Origin: Promethearchaeota archaeon Loki_b32 | Lineage (GTDB): Archaea > Asgardarchaeota > Lokiarchaeia > Sigyniarchaeales > SOKP01 | Direction of reading: 5' to 3' | DNA: 64,000 nucleotides | Assembly (NCBI GenBank): GCA_005223125.1 | Contig: NJBH01000017.1 | Span: 19,891-83,890, forward strand | Shown: positions 61,981-64,000 of the stretch, piece after piece | Layout of the letters: every line of letters starts with the position of its first letter | Position numbering within the stretch: the stretch's first letter is position 1 | The notes under the pieces: model-generated | The model's database searches: none | Seen by the model: the letters and a program-made list of their open reading frames with translations, nothing else | Told to the model about the DNA's origin: nothing | Translations under genes and position numbers: made by a program

Positions 61981-62124
61981 ATGGATAAAGAAACTCTAAA
62001 TGAGAATGAAACTGATAATAACATTGAAGAGAGAAGAAAAAGAAATACTTGCTTGTTAATCTGTTTAATTTTAATTCTAGTTATGATGTTACCATCAACA
62101 ATGGCATTATTAGCGATTTTTTGA
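61981..62124 (+). CDS. 47-aa small protein with C-terminal TM helix
   Basis: MDKETLNENETDNNIEERRKRNTCLLICLILILVMMLPSTMALLAIF*; positive-inside RRKR before the TM helix. Confidence 0.55.
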   Translation: MDKETLNENETDNNIEERRKRNTCLLICLILILVMMLPSTMALLAIF

Positions 62125-62138
62125 AATCATCTGATGTT

Positions 62139-62783
62139 CTAAAAAAGCATTTTTCTTATTAACTGGATTAATCCAGGTAATATAAAAATAAATCCAAGAG
62201 TATTTCCAATAATATGTATAGCAGTAAATATTGAACCTGTAAGAAAATAAGGTAAAAATTCATCTAAACTCCCTAAAAAAGAAAGAACATAAATAAATGA
62301 TGAAAAAATTTGAAAATTTGTCGTAATTAACGCACCAATAATACCCAATAATGCCACTATAGAAAATTTGTAGAGATCCTCGCTTGGTTTAAATGATTTC
62401 TTTCTTTGTAGAAGATCACTTGTCAATGCACCTAAAAATCCTGTTATAGAATAATGAAATAATTGGAATGCTAAAAGTGGCAATGGAGAAGAACCAAAAG
62501 GATTAAAATAACAAAATATAAATGAACTTAATAACCCAATCATCATTCCATCCCTCTTACCTAAGATAAAACCTGATAAAAAAATCGTTAGTGTAAAAAG
62601 TTCTATATTAGGAATATGTGCTAATAAATATCCCAATACTATTGCTAAAGCAGAAAAAGTGCTGATTAAAGCTATTCGAAATGAATTTCTTTCTAACCAA
62701 ACTGAATGGTTTTCTTTTTCTTGTTCAATATCTGGTATTACTACTTGTTCACTAGGTTTATTAACTTCTGATTTTAATTCCAA
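62139..62783 (-). CDS. ECF transporter S component
   Basis: IALISTFSALAI..LAHIPNIEL..SGFILG motif; about six TM helices; HIIGN. Confidence 0.8.
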   Translation of the reverse strand: MELKSEVNKPSEQVVIPDIEQEKENHSVWLERNSFRIALISTFSALAIVLGYLLAHIPNIELFTLTIFLSGFILGKRDGMMIGLLSSFIFCYFNPFGSSPLPLLAFQLFHYSITGFLGALTSDLLQRKKSFKPSEDLYKFSIVALLGIIGALITTNFQIFSSFIYVLSFLGSLDEFLPYFLTGSIFTAIHIIGNTLGFIFILPGLIQLIRKMLF

Positions 62784-62916
62784 TTTTATTCAGTTTATAT
62801 AACAATTTTGGGTATTATATTCTATAATTTAACATATTTTTTAAATATATAGGTTAAGTTTCCTACAGACTTCGTGCTTCTACACTTCAAATAATGAGAC
62901 TAGAGGGCGTGTTTTT

Positions 62917-63324
62917 TTAATGCTGATTAGCATTGAAGAAGTCTTTAAGATTCATTATATCTGATTTTATCGATTTTGGCTTATTATGATAAACTTCACC
63001 TGGATAATTTCTTAAAGAAAATTTTGCTAATTCAAAAAGAATTTTATTTAGAGCTAGCCCTTTTTTGGTTAATGAATATTCAATCACTATTGGTGTAGTA
63101 GTAACAATAGTTTTTTTAATTAAATCTGATTCTTGTAATTCTTTTAATCTTATTGACAACATCTTTGTACTAATTTGAGGATTAGTTATTAAAAAATGTG
63201 AAAACCTCTTCTTCCCTTTAAATAAATCTCTAATTATCTGCATTGTCCATTTCTTTCCTAAATAATTAAGTGCTATTTCAATTGGGCAATTTTTCATATT
63301 GTTTAAATCTTCCCAGACTTCCAT
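62917..63324 (-). CDS. HxlR family winged-helix transcriptional regulator
   Basis: CPIEIALNYLGKKWTMQIIRDL, ISTKMLSIRLKEL and EYSLTKKG motifs. Confidence 0.92.
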   Translation of the reverse strand: MEVWEDLNNMKNCPIEIALNYLGKKWTMQIIRDLFKGKKRFSHFLITNPQISTKMLSIRLKELQESDLIKKTIVTTTPIVIEYSLTKKGLALNKILFELAKFSLRNYPGEVYHNKPKSIKSDIMNLKDFFNANQH

Positions 63325-63465
63325 TTTTCTCACAATATTACCAATTAGTTACTTCATAGTTTAAATAGTTAAAAAGTTTTGTTACTTTGTTATAGTTGGT
63401 TACTAAAATATATAAACAAAAAAACTTATAGAAATATCAATAGAATATGAGCTTGGTATTTAAAA

Positions 63466-63930
63466 ATGGAAAACATTATCAAAATTAAGGAAGAAATAGA
63501 ATGTGATATATCTACCGCTTTTAAAATGTTTACCACCAATAAATCATTAGAGAGTTGGTTAACTGAAGTAGCTGATGTAGATCCTGAACTTGGAGGCAAG
63601 TATGAACTTTTTTGGGAACCAAACAATAAAAATATTAATAGTACTATAGGGTGTAAAATTACAGGAATCGAGAAAGACAAATTTATTTCATTTGATTGGA
63701 AAGGACCAGTTGATTTTCAAGATTTTATGAATTCTTCTGATCCTCTTACGCATATAATAGTATTTTTTTCTCAGAATGATTCTGATTCAAATAGAACAAA
63801 TATTCATTTATTCCATACTGGTTGGAGAAATGATTCTGAATGGGAAAAAGCTCGCAACTATTTTGAGAAGGCTTGGTCAAAAGCATTCCAAGGTTTAAAA
63901 AATAAAATCAAAAATAAAGAATTACCTTAA
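63466..63930 (+). CDS. SRPBCC/AHSA1-like (START fold) protein
   Basis: LESWL, GGKYELFW, ISFDWKGP and HTGW motifs; divergent from the HxlR gene. Confidence 0.85.
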   Translation: MENIIKIKEEIECDISTAFKMFTTNKSLESWLTEVADVDPELGGKYELFWEPNNKNINSTIGCKITGIEKDKFISFDWKGPVDFQDFMNSSDPLTHIIVFFSQNDSDSNRTNIHLFHTGWRNDSEWEKARNYFEKAWSKAFQGLKNKIKNKELP

Positions 63931-63952
63931 AATCTTAAAAATTTTTTGTTAT

Positions 63953-64000
63953 TTATTCTACAATTTCATTTTCTTTTCTTTCGAGTGGAACTTCTTCTCT
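63953..64000 (-). CDS. 3' end of a gene continuing beyond the window
   Basis: Open frame REEVPLERKENEIVE* ending at 63953. Confidence 0.35.
   Translation of the reverse strand, partial: REEVPLERKENEIVE

Noticed and set aside
8983-63680. Many short ORFs antisense or out of frame within long genes (e.g. 8983, 9710, 13015, 13564, 14032, 17293, 22881, 23089, 25078, 28773, 44466, 47763, 52367, 55731, 57359, 57618, 60410, 63426)
   Set aside because: They overlap well-supported genes and have no recognisable motifs; shadow ORFs.

Overview
AT-rich archaeal chromosomal segment. Gene content points to Asgard archaea, probably Lokiarchaeia (inference from ribophorin I, OST3/6-like, roadblock, V4R and longin-like proteins plus archaeal r-proteins). 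It contains housekeeping genes (LeuRS 3' end, TPI, HdrC, MetAP2, Trm1, RlmE, TFE-beta, RadA paralogs, GcvH, peptidases) and a dispersed secretion/N-glycosylation set (Sec61beta, ribophorin I, AglH/Alg7, UbiA-type transferase, OST3/6-like). An oligopeptide ABC locus is split by two nested IS elements whose insertion order can be read from their target-site duplications. The uS19-uL15 ribosomal protein cluster lacks aIF1/SUI1 and secY. Features missed by the ORF track: a tRNA-Gln(UUG) with two non-canonical BHB introns (15/16 and 59/60), rps14, a 47-aa membrane ORF after rpl15, and a decayed CcdA-like gene. The most novel candidate signal is three genes in which an Ile codon (ATA, ATT, ATC) sits where the start codon is expected behind an SD-like motif, suggesting AUH initiation. 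Homopolymer indel errors are a live alternative for rps14 and leuS.
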